Shown here piece by piece: positions 7,828-15,943 of a stretch of DNA of 16,598 nt; position 1 is the stretch's first letter; every line of letters begins with the position of its first letter. The position numbers and the translations under genes were made by a program. Under the pieces are notes generated by a model. It saw only the letters and a list, made by a program, of their open reading frames with translations, was not told the origin of the DNA and did no database searches. Origin of the DNA: Candidatus Sumerlaeia bacterium (lineage in GTDB: Bacteria > Sumerlaeota > Sumerlaeia > SLMS01); contig JBBQYG010000084.1 in the NCBI GenBank assembly GCA_038208905.1, positions 1 to 16,598 on the forward strand, written 5' to 3'.

Positions 7828-8150
7828 TCGGATAGCTTGGCGAGGAAGACTTTCATTTCCTTCACCGTTTGCAGGTCGCCGTTGGCGTCGGCAATGGCGA
7901 TTCCGCGCTCGTAAACATCGCGGGCGCGGCCGGTTTCGCCAGACTTGCGCCACGCATCCCCGCAAAACCGGTAGGCGGCTGAGTAGTCGGGCTTGGCGGC
8001 GATGCAGCGCTCCAGCACTTCCGCCGCGAGGGGGCCGTGGCCCGCATCGAGATAGAGCTTGCCGAGCATGAACAATCCCGTGGCATCGTTGGGGTCGAGT
8101 TCCACGAGCTGCTCGAGGCGGCGAATCTTTTCCTGCAGGTCAAGGCTCAC
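7824..8150 (-). CDS. Small tetratricopeptide-repeat protein
   Basis: DPNDATGLFMLGKLY...KPDYSAAYRFCGDAW...ARDVYERGIAIA...GDLQT; about two TPR units. GGGGGA lies upstream of the GTG. Confidence 0.85.
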   Translation of the reverse strand: MSLDLQEKIRRLEQLVELDPNDATGLFMLGKLYLDAGHGPLAAEVLERCIAAKPDYSAAYRFCGDAWRKSGETGRARDVYERGIAIADANGDLQTVKEMKVFLAKLSE

Positions 8151-8268
8151 GATTTGCTTTGGTTCCCCCGAACGGAGGTGTTTTGGTTTGCGGGTATGGG
8201 GTGCGTCAAGGCAAGTGGAAGGGCGACTCGCCGGGATTGGCCCTCAGGCCGCCCGCCGGAACCGGAAC

Positions 8269-9093
8269 ATGTACCTAGCCTTGGAACCATATCGCCAGGA
8301 TAGCCGCCCACCTTTCACAACGCGGGTGTTTCTGGACGATTATTCCAGTTTGGATCCCATGCGGGTCCCATGGCGAGAGGTTCGTCGCCACCCCGACCGA
8401 TTCCCCGACTGGCACATTGCCAAGGTATCGAGTGTGCGCACGGTGATTGGACTGGACTTCGCCATCCACACGGGCGAGACGCGACGCATCTACCTAAAGC
8501 GCAGCCTTCAACGGGACAAAGTGAAGCAGTTGCTGGCGAGATTTCGCGCCACTAAGGAATGGCGAGAGTTCCAGCTTGCCCAGGAATTCGCCGAGGCAGG
8601 CGTCACGGTGCCACAGCCGGTGTACTATGCCGAGGGCACTGACGAAAACGGCCAGCCGTCGGTCTACTATGCGACGATTGGCTTCGGCAGCGAGTGGCAT
8701 GAGGCCAAGAGCCTGTTCAAGAAGACGCGCCAATTCGGCGCGGAGTGGCAGTCACTAGCCCGGTTTACGCGGCGCCTTCACGAGAAAGGCGTCCTGCACG
8801 GGGACTATCGCAGCGACCACATCTATCTGGACGAGGGCAGTTTCGCGGAGGGCGATGACTCCGCGTGGGCCCTGATGGACTTGGATGGATCGCGCGTCGG
8901 CAAGCCTGTCACGCCGCGTGAGCGATTTCGGGCGCTGACGCAGCTAACCGAGTCGTTGTTAACCTCGGGTATGAAGCGGGAGAACGTGGAGGAGTTCCTG
9001 CGCGTCTATGACCCGGCCAACACCCAGCAGCTGGATTCGCGGCGAATCTACAAGTTCGCGCTGGACAAGGTGAAGCGACTCCGACCCCGCTAG
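8269..9093 (+). CDS. Lipopolysaccharide/sugar kinase, Kdo/WaaP/InaA family
   Basis: IYLKR (ATP lysine), REF (helix C Glu), GVTVPQPV, LHEKGVLHGDYRSDHIYL catalytic loop, LMDLDG Mg-binding motif. Start reassigned to ATG 8269 to avoid overlap with the divergent TPR gene. Confidence 0.82.
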   Translation: MYLALEPYRQDSRPPFTTRVFLDDYSSLDPMRVPWREVRRHPDRFPDWHIAKVSSVRTVIGLDFAIHTGETRRIYLKRSLQRDKVKQLLARFRATKEWREFQLAQEFAEAGVTVPQPVYYAEGTDENGQPSVYYATIGFGSEWHEAKSLFKKTRQFGAEWQSLARFTRRLHEKGVLHGDYRSDHIYLDEGSFAEGDDSAWALMDLDGSRVGKPVTPRERFRALTQLTESLLTSGMKRENVEEFLRVYDPANTQQLDSRRIYKFALDKVKRLRPR

Positions 9094-9102
9094 GGCGAGC
9101 CG

Positions 9103-9447
9103 TCACTGGGCCTGCCGGGCCGCTTTCATGCGCTCGTGGATATCGCGGGCGCGGGCTGCCTTACGGTCCAGATTTTCCAGCGCCAGATCGCCCAGACGCT
9201 GTCCGGCGCGGATGAGTTCCTTCTTGGAGGCGACCAGATGCTCGGTCACCTCGGGCGGAAGGAGGGCCATGATGGCGTCCTCGGCCTGGTCCTTCATGTC
9301 GCGGGCGGCATCGCAAACCGATTTGGCGGAGAATCGATAGCCGGGACCCGCTCCGGCGCCGGGCGCTTCGCCCGGGGCAGCGCCGCTAAAATCGCGATCC
9401 CACGATTCGCCGTGGCCTTTTTCGTCCTTGCTTTCGTTCGCTTCCAT
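9103..9447 (-). CDS. Small helical hypothetical protein (114 aa)
   Basis: ATG 9447 with GGGAG RBS. A low-complexity N-terminus is followed by amphipathic helices (LLPPEVTEHLVASKKELIRAGQRLGDLALENLD). It fills the gap between flanking genes. Confidence 0.7.
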   Translation of the reverse strand: MEANESKDEKGHGESWDRDFSGAAPGEAPGAGAGPGYRFSAKSVCDAARDMKDQAEDAIMALLPPEVTEHLVASKKELIRAGQRLGDLALENLDRKAARARDIHERMKAARQAQ

Positions 9448-9642
9448 GGCTCGCACTCCCGGTTGAGGATAGCTTTTGATGGAGCAAGGATAGCGCCCGA
9501 GTTTTGGGTGGCGACCGAAAAGACGGCGAGGGGTAACTTTCGCAGTCAGAAGGTTGAGGACGGGTATTTTCCGCTCGCCATTGCGGCCCCCTGACCATAG
9601 GTTCACTTCGATAATCGGGAAAAGGTACGCACAGAACTCCGC

Positions 9643-11052
9643 ATGAGCACTACCCACAGCATTCTACCGGGCATCTCCAAGCTGATCGCGGCCACCAACG
9701 ACCGCGTCCGCTCGGCGGCCGCCAACGACAATCCGGTGCTCCTGACTGGAGAGCTTGGGACCGAGAAGGCCTTTGCCGCCAAGCTGATCCACCAGTTGAG
9801 CAAGCGGGCACCCAAGCCCCTTTCGAAAATCAGCGTCTCCTGGAAGCTGCCGCCTGACCTCTCCCAGCATTTCCAGCAGTGCGATGGCGGGTCGCTGATC
9901 ATCCACCTCCAAAAGGAATGTCCCGTCGATATGCAGTACACGCTGGTAGAGATGACCAGCGACGGCGCCTTTGCGGATCCGATGAGTGGAGACGTCATTG
10001 AGTCGGATGTGCGCATTATCCTGATGTCGAGCATGGAGTTGGATACGCTCTCCTCGCGGACGATGCTGCTGCCCGAACTGCGCGATATCCTCATGTCGCA
10101 GCACATCGAGATTCCGCCGCTTCGCGAGCGGCTGGAGGATATTCCCGCGCTCGTGCGGTATGCGATCAAGCGGGCCAACGACACTGGACGCAGTCCAGCG
10201 AAGACGGTGGACCCCCGCGTGCTGAGCCTGTTCCGCCAATGGGACTGGCCGGGCAATTCGGAGGACCTGCTGCTGGTGACAGCCCAGGCGGCGATTGCCT
10301 GCAAGAGCGAGGCGGTCGAGATCGACGACCTGCCGGAAAACTTCCTGAGTCAGATGAGCCAGGAGTCCATCGCCGCGGCGCGCGCCGTTCGTGTGACGTC
10401 CAAGCCATCGCCAACCAAGTCCCACGATCGTCGCGCCGAGGTGTCCACGAATCACGACGCCGAAGAGGTGACGCTGCACCAGGACGATGACGGGAAGACA
10501 GCACTGGACTTGGAAGTTCATCCTCCCGCGCCCTCCCGCCCTGTTGCGCCGCAGACTCAGCCCGAAGTTCCGCTACTCGCGCCGCCCGAGCATGTCACAA
10601 ACCGCGTCCTTGCGCTGGGGCGTAGGCTCCACGCGCAGTCGCTGCTTCTGAAGAAGCAGATGAGCGGGCCCCTGGAGAGGGATGGCTCCCGCGCCAGTTT
10701 GGATCAGTTGATGGCCAGCGTGACCGAGCAGGAAGCATTGGCGGCCCTTGAGTTGGAACTGGACCGGGGGCTCGACATGGTGCACGGGCTGCGCCGCCAG
10801 ATGGCCCTTCTAAACATGCGCCAGCAGCAGAGCGCCGAAACGATCCGCGATCTTGTGAACAGGATCACCCTGCTGACGAGCGGCACCGCCGCGGAGAAGT
10901 CCGAAGCAAGCCGCGAGGCGCGCGAGCTTGCCGACAGCCTTCGCGTGGTGGACGAGATTTTCCAGCGCGTCTCCACGGAGCTGCCCACGTTCGGCCTGCA
11001 CGTGGAGCAATCCTTCTCCGCAAGCCCCGCAAGACGCGAGAGCCGAAGCTGA
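9643..11052 (+). CDS. Degenerate sigma54-activator-like AAA+ domain plus Pro-rich linker and helical/coiled-coil C-terminus
   Basis: PVLLTGELGTEK...AKLIH, DGGSL, DVRIIL, IEIPPLRERLEDIPAL and WDWPGN...L reproduce the bEBP scaffold. GAFTGA, Walker B DE, receiver domain and Fis HTH are all absent. Confidence 0.8.
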   Translation: MSTTHSILPGISKLIAATNDRVRSAAANDNPVLLTGELGTEKAFAAKLIHQLSKRAPKPLSKISVSWKLPPDLSQHFQQCDGGSLIIHLQKECPVDMQYTLVEMTSDGAFADPMSGDVIESDVRIILMSSMELDTLSSRTMLLPELRDILMSQHIEIPPLRERLEDIPALVRYAIKRANDTGRSPAKTVDPRVLSLFRQWDWPGNSEDLLLVTAQAAIACKSEAVEIDDLPENFLSQMSQESIAAARAVRVTSKPSPTKSHDRRAEVSTNHDAEEVTLHQDDDGKTALDLEVHPPAPSRPVAPQTQPEVPLLAPPEHVTNRVLALGRRLHAQSLLLKKQMSGPLERDGSRASLDQLMASVTEQEALAALELELDRGLDMVHGLRRQMALLNMRQQQSAETIRDLVNRITLLTSGTAAEKSEASREARELADSLRVVDEIFQRVSTELPTFGLHVEQSFSASPARRESRS

Positions 11053-11057
11053 GGAGC

Positions 11058-12146
11058 CTAGTCGGCGATAGGCGGGATCGGCAGGTACCGCCTGCTCTCT
11101 TCCGTCAGGTGCAAAAGCGGTGTCAGGAAAGTCACCCGGGAGATCACGGGATAAAGCCCGCGCGGCCAAACCTTTCGGATGAAAACCCGCCATACGCGCC
11201 CCGCCACGGGAACCCGATGAAGCCACAAGACAACACACCCGGCGAGATGCTGTGCGGAGGTGATCAGGCCCGCCTCGCGAGCCTGCCGCCACGCGGCCAG
11301 CGCCCCAGCGCGGTCGCGCGCCTGAACGCGGCGGATGCCAATGCTCAGGATCGTACCGGCGATGGCGTGGAGGCGCTCCGGCGGCAGAAGGCCGTCGGAT
11401 CGAAGGTCCTCCGCGACACGGAAGGCGACGCGCTCCTGGGCGTCGAAGTGCGCCGGCTTGAGCGACTCGATGCCGATCGATTCGCCCCCGGGAATCCGCC
11501 AGTGACAGAGACCGCCGAGAAACCGCGCGTACTGGAACCCGCGGCGCAACGCCCGGATATGGAACTCCCAGTCCTGCCAGCTTGGAAGGTCCTCGATCCA
11601 CGGGCCAAGGCGCTCCAGCGCGGCACGGCGCCAAGTGGGGCCGGTGGTTTGCCAGGGGATGTCCAGCAGCAGGTACCTCGTAAGGTCGTCGCGGTCGGTG
11701 GCGCCGCTGTGGAGGAGGTCCATGTCCCCCGGCGTGTGGCGAAAAAGGCGGCAGAGAAACACGCCGAAGTCGATGGCGGGGTGGGCGTCCATGGCGCGGG
11801 CGCGCTCGGCGAGAGACTCTGGGGCGAGGGCGTCGTCGGAATCGAGGAACACAATCAGCTCGCCGCGCGCCTCGCGAAATCCACGATTGCGGGAAGCGGG
11901 CGCGCCAGAGGCCGCATCCGCGCGGCGTATCAACCGAATGCGTCCATCTCGCGCGCAGATATGCTGAATCGCGGCGAAATGATCGGTCGCGCTTCCATCG
12001 TCCACAACAACCGCCTCCCAGTCGGCGAAACTCTGGGCAAGCAACGAGTCAACCAACGGCGAGAAAAGTTCGCTGCGGTTGTGCGCGGGGATGACGATGG
12101 AGAACTTGGGCGGCGTCAGGACGGTGGTTCCTTGCGGGCGATGCAC
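11058..12146 (-). CDS. GT2 family glycosyltransferase
   Basis: FSIVIPAHNR, SLLAQSFADWEAVVVDDGS, GAPASRNRG, ARGELIVFLDSDD, WQDWEFHIR. Start codon uncertain. Confidence 0.9.
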   Translation of the reverse strand: MHRPQGTTVLTPPKFSIVIPAHNRSELFSPLVDSLLAQSFADWEAVVVDDGSATDHFAAIQHICARDGRIRLIRRADAASGAPASRNRGFREARGELIVFLDSDDALAPESLAERARAMDAHPAIDFGVFLCRLFRHTPGDMDLLHSGATDRDDLTRYLLLDIPWQTTGPTWRRAALERLGPWIEDLPSWQDWEFHIRALRRGFQYARFLGGLCHWRIPGGESIGIESLKPAHFDAQERVAFRVAEDLRSDGLLPPERLHAIAGTILSIGIRRVQARDRAGALAAWRQAREAGLITSAQHLAGCVVLWLHRVPVAGRVWRVFIRKVWPRGLYPVISRVTFLTPLLHLTEESRRYLPIPPIAD

Positions 12147-12226
12147 GATCCCGTCAAGTTGATGCGGAGGATGGCGATGAGCGCAAAGCGGAATTGGCGG
12201 AGACCACCATCAATACCGGTGGCGTC

Positions 12227-13063
12227 ATGAGCGTTATCGAGCCGGACCTCCCCGTGACCGTCATCGAGGCGGGGCGCACGGAGCGCCGCTATTGGCGAGA
12301 CCTTTGGCGGTATCGCGAGCTGTTTCACCTGCTGGCGTGGCGCGACGTGATGGTGCGTTACAAGCAGACCGCCGTGGGAGTGGCGTGGGCACTGTTTCAG
12401 CCGCTGGTGATGGTGCTGATCCTGACCTTCGTGCGGAGTCTGCTGGGCGGACCGACGGAAGGGCCGCCGCTGGCGCTCGTGATCCTTGCGGGGCTCATCC
12501 CATGGCAGTTCTTCGCCCAGGCGCTGACAGGGTGTAGCAACAGCCTGGTGCAGAACGCGAATTTGCTGTCCAAGGTCTATTTCCCACGCCTGATCGTTCC
12601 CGCCAGCGCCATCGTGGTCGCGCTGGTGGACTACCTGATCTCACTGGCGATTCTGGCGGGAATGATGGCATACTATGGCGTCATGCCATCGTGGCGAATC
12701 TTGACGCTGCCGTTGCTGACCGCGGTGGCGTTCCTTGCGGCGCTGGGGCCGGGGCTGTGGTTCGCGGCGCTGAACGTGAAGTACCGCGATTTCCGCTACA
12801 TCGTGCCGGTGATCGTGGCGTTCGGACTCTATGCGTCGCCGATTATCTATGAGACCTCGATGGTGCCGGAGCGCTTTCGCCTGCTCTATTCGCTCAATCC
12901 CATGGCCGGGGTGATCGAGGGCTTTCGCTGGGCCATCCTGGGAACGGGCGCGGAAGTCTATGCCGCGGGGGTGGCGGTTTCCCTAGCGATGCAGGTAGTC
13001 CTGCTGGCGAGCGGCGTGTGGTACTTCAGGCGGGTGGAACGAACCTTTGCCGACGTGATATAG
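12227..13063 (+). CDS. wzm: ABC-2 polysaccharide exporter permease (Wzm)
   Basis: DLWRYRELF, RDVMVRYKQTAVGVAWA, LLSKVYFPR, LNVKYRDFRY, YASPIIY, LNPMAGVIEGFR, FADVI, with about 6 TM helices. ATG 12227 is preferred over TTG 12194. Confidence 0.93.
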   Translation: MSVIEPDLPVTVIEAGRTERRYWRDLWRYRELFHLLAWRDVMVRYKQTAVGVAWALFQPLVMVLILTFVRSLLGGPTEGPPLALVILAGLIPWQFFAQALTGCSNSLVQNANLLSKVYFPRLIVPASAIVVALVDYLISLAILAGMMAYYGVMPSWRILTLPLLTAVAFLAALGPGLWFAALNVKYRDFRYIVPVIVAFGLYASPIIYETSMVPERFRLLYSLNPMAGVIEGFRWAILGTGAEVYAAGVAVSLAMQVVLLASGVWYFRRVERTFADVI

Positions 13064-13120
13064 CGCTTGCCTGCGATTTCGCTCCGGGGCGATTCTTCCC
13101 CTTGAAAGGAATTGGAAGCC

Positions 13121-13846
13121 ATGTCCACCCGCACTCCATCGCTTACGCGCGCGCCACACGCTCCGCGGCGGCGGAAGTTCAACGTCGCGGAACTCACGAA
13201 GATGGATCAGATGGGGTTCTTCGGCGAACCCGACCGGGCGGAACTGCTGGACGCAGTCGTATATCTCTCCAGGCTCGACCGAATGCCCCGCAGGCGGCGA
13301 TTCACCGTAGCGGAATTCGCGGCGATGGACGAGGCTGGGTTCTTGGGAGACCCAACTCGCGCGGAAATCATCGACGGAGCGATTTACGAAACGAGTCGTA
13401 TCGACCCAGCACATGCGACCGCCACGAAGCGCCTTTTGCGCTGGGCGAGGCGCTCCATATCGCTCGAAATTGATGTTGATGCGGGGGTTCCTGTTAGCCT
13501 TGGCGAAGGGCAGTCGCTCTTACAGCCCGATCTTCTGATAGTTCGCAGGCGCGAAGACGACTACGTGGGCATTCATCCAACCCCCAAGGACATTCTACTG
13601 TTGGTAGAGGTTTCACGCACCTCGCTGAAGTACGACCTGGGTACAAAGGCCAGGGCGTACGCCCTTGGCGGTATTGCCGAATATTGGGTCGTCAATATCT
13701 CCGCGCGGCGAATACACGTCATGCGCGATCCATCCGAATCCGAATTCGGAACGCGGTTCATCGCCGAGGTTGACGCGCTCATCGCGCCACTGACGTTGCC
13801 GGGGGCGGAGCTTGCGGTCGGCAGTCTATTCGGCGAGGACGCCTGA
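13121..13846 (+). CDS. Uma2 (DUF820) family PD-(D/E)xK endonuclease with duplicated N-terminal segment
   Basis: RRFTVAEF..M...G, RAEIIDGAI, H, LQPDLLIV, LLVEVSRTSLKYDLGTKARAYA..GIAEYWVVN. AAAGGA RBS precedes ATG 13121. Confidence 0.9.
   Translation: MSTRTPSLTRAPHAPRRRKFNVAELTKMDQMGFFGEPDRAELLDAVVYLSRLDRMPRRRRFTVAEFAAMDEAGFLGDPTRAEIIDGAIYETSRIDPAHATATKRLLRWARRSISLEIDVDAGVPVSLGEGQSLLQPDLLIVRRREDDYVGIHPTPKDILLLVEVSRTSLKYDLGTKARAYALGGIAEYWVVNISARRIHVMRDPSESEFGTRFIAEVDALIAPLTLPGAELAVGSLFGEDA
13163..13408 (+). repeat. Tandem 41-codon (123-bp) degenerate duplication within the Uma2 gene
   Basis: PRRRKFNVAELTKMDQMGFFGEPDRAELLDAVVY (13163) aligns with PRRRRFTVAEFAAMDEAGFLGDPTRAEIIDGAIY (13286), 19 of 34 identical by hand count. 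Both are followed by SR(L/I)D. Confidence 0.88.
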
Positions 13847-13850
13847 CAAC

Positions 13851-15113
13851 GTGGCTCCCGCGATTCAGGTCGAAGGCCTTGGCAAGAAATACGTCCTGCG
13901 GCATCAAGGACAGCGGCAGGCCGAGAAGTATGTGGCCCTGCGCGATGTGATCGCGAACGGCGCGCGCAGCGCGATGCGTGCGATGTCGGGCAAAACTGAA
14001 ATTCTGGAATACGCAGAGGAGGAGTTCTGGGCGCTGCGCGATGTTGGCTTCGTAGTGGAACCCGGCGAAGTGGTTGGCATCATCGGACGCAATGGCGCGG
14101 GAAAATCGACTCTGCTGAAGCTCCTTAGCCGCATCACGGAACCCACCGAGGGACGCATCGTCCTGCGCGGGCGCGTGGCGAGCCTGTTGGAAGTCGGCAC
14201 TGGCTTCCACGCGGAGCTGACGGGCCGCGAGAACATCTACCTGAACGGGGCGATCCTCGGGATGTCGCAGTCAGAGGTGCGCCGCAAGTTCGACGAGATC
14301 GTCGCCTTTGCCGAGGTGGATCGATTCCTGGACACGCCGGTGAAGCGCTATTCATCAGGCATGTACGTGCGTCTTGCGTTCGCCGTGGCGGCGCATCTGG
14401 AGCCCGAGATCTTGGTGGTGGACGAGGTGCTGGCGGTTGGCGACGCCCAATTCCAGCGCAAGTGCCTGGGCAAAATGGGAGAGGTCAGCCGGACGCAGGG
14501 CCGCACGGTGCTCTTTGTGAGCCATAACATGCAGGCGGTTTCGACGCTGACGACGCGGGCGGTGGTGCTGTCGGGGGGATCGGTGAGCTTCGATGGTCCC
14601 ACCGGCCAGGGCATCGCCGTCTATCTGGATCAGATGAAGCAGAGCGAGTCTGTCTATACAGCCGAGGCCGATGATGCGCAGCCGAGGGTCACGCGCGCCG
14701 AGATCGCGACATCGCATCCCAACGGTGTTCATGCACAAGGCGAAGCGGCGGAGGCGCGGTTCGAGATATCCACCCCGCATCCGATCGGCGGCGCGGCGTT
14801 CTCCTTTCAGATTGTCAACGGGATGGACCAGCCAGTGCTGCATGTGCTGACGATGGACTCCGAGATCCCCATGTGCCGCGAGGCCGGTGTCTATACACTG
14901 GTCTGCCGAATACCGAAGCTGCGGCTCTACATTGGCTCCTACCACCTGAGAGTACATTTCGCCGAGCGGGTCGGCGGGAAGAAGTTTGATACTTTGGACC
15001 GGGTATGCGCCTTTTCCGTGGAGGTTCACGGCGAGATGCGGGACTTCTATTGGACACAGGGCGCAGCGGCCTATGTTGAAGAAACGATATGGAACGTGGA
15101 GAAAGCAGAATGA
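13851..15113 (+). CDS. wzt: ABC polysaccharide exporter ATPase (Wzt) with C-terminal Wzt_C-type domain
   Basis: FWALRDV, Walker A GRNGAGKSTLLK, LLEVGTGFHAELTGRENI, signature YSSGMYVRLAF, Walker B LVVDEVLAVGDAQFQRKC, VSH, and a ~150-aa beta-rich C-terminal extension. GTG 13851 with GAGG upstream. Confidence 0.94.
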   Translation: MAPAIQVEGLGKKYVLRHQGQRQAEKYVALRDVIANGARSAMRAMSGKTEILEYAEEEFWALRDVGFVVEPGEVVGIIGRNGAGKSTLLKLLSRITEPTEGRIVLRGRVASLLEVGTGFHAELTGRENIYLNGAILGMSQSEVRRKFDEIVAFAEVDRFLDTPVKRYSSGMYVRLAFAVAAHLEPEILVVDEVLAVGDAQFQRKCLGKMGEVSRTQGRTVLFVSHNMQAVSTLTTRAVVLSGGSVSFDGPTGQGIAVYLDQMKQSESVYTAEADDAQPRVTRAEIATSHPNGVHAQGEAAEARFEISTPHPIGGAAFSFQIVNGMDQPVLHVLTMDSEIPMCREAGVYTLVCRIPKLRLYIGSYHLRVHFAERVGGKKFDTLDRVCAFSVEVHGEMRDFYWTQGAAAYVEETIWNVEKAE

Positions 15114-15925
15114 CGAAGCCGACAGGCGTCACGGACGATATTCGCACTTACTACGACGAGCACGTGGAAGCGAAGCTGCGCGGCCTTCTCCAGCGCAATG
15201 CGCGCGTCGAGGTGGGTTGCCGAACGATCGGGGAGTGGGCCCCTGCTTCGCCTTCGCGCATTCTGGAAATCGGCTGCGGCATGGGCGAGGTTTGCTGGCG
15301 CATGTCGCGCTGCTATCCCCACGCACGCATACAGGGCATTGACATCAGCGCGAAATCCATCGAGACGGCTCGAAAGCTGTTTTCTGGCGATCGCCTAGAT
15401 TTCAGGCAGGCGCTTGTGGTGCCAGAACTCTTCGACACCGCCTTTGACCTGATCGTGATGATGGACGTATATGAGCATATCGCCCGGGAGGACCGGCCGA
15501 TTCTGCACGAGGCGCTCGCCAAGTTTCTCTCTCCCCAAGGGCGCCTGATCCTAACGTTTCCGACGCCGCGCAAGCTGGCCTGGCTTCGGCAACATGATCC
15601 GAAGGGCATTCAGCCGGTGGATGAAGACGTGACGGCAGCGACGATCTTCCAAGTATCCCAAGACACCCAGACGAGCATCCTATTCTATCGCGAAGTGGAT
15701 ATCTGGGACACTGGCGACTATGCCCACGCGGTTTTGGGAAGGGGAGGCTTTCTGGAACCTGTTCCCCCGAATCCGGGGCTTGCGGGACGAGTCGCTCGCC
15801 GACTGCGCCTGATATCAGGCGCAAGGAACGGAATGTCTCGTCCTCCGCAGGCGGAGATCGAGCAGGTGATCGCAGATCGACTCGGCGCAGAGGCGGTTGG
15901 TCGCCTCCGCTCGTCCACCACCTGA
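15110..15925 (+). CDS. Class I SAM-dependent methyltransferase
   Basis: ILEIGCGMG motif I, GIDIS, FDLIVMMDVYEHI, LSPQGRLILTFP. ATG 15110 overlaps the wzt stop (ATGA). Confidence 0.9.
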   Translation: MTKPTGVTDDIRTYYDEHVEAKLRGLLQRNARVEVGCRTIGEWAPASPSRILEIGCGMGEVCWRMSRCYPHARIQGIDISAKSIETARKLFSGDRLDFRQALVVPELFDTAFDLIVMMDVYEHIAREDRPILHEALAKFLSPQGRLILTFPTPRKLAWLRQHDPKGIQPVDEDVTAATIFQVSQDTQTSILFYREVDIWDTGDYAHAVLGRGGFLEPVPPNPGLAGRVARRLRLISGARNGMSRPPQAEIEQVIADRLGAEAVGRLRSSTT

Positions 15926-15943
15926 AACAGATGAGGTAGCAGA

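Noticed and set aside
8151-8268. TTGACG -35 candidates on the minus strand (8209-8204; also 12157-12152)
   Set aside because: No credible -10 element at 16-18 nt spacing, so too weak to call.
8410-8421. TGGCAC-A-TTGC as a sigma54 -24/-12 promoter
   Set aside because: The spacing is wrong (5 nt are needed between the elements) and it lies inside the kinase CDS.
9961-9978. DGAFAD as a GAFTGA-loop remnant
   Set aside because: It lies after the Walker B position and aligns with the 'EGEFER' segment of bEBPs, not loop 1.
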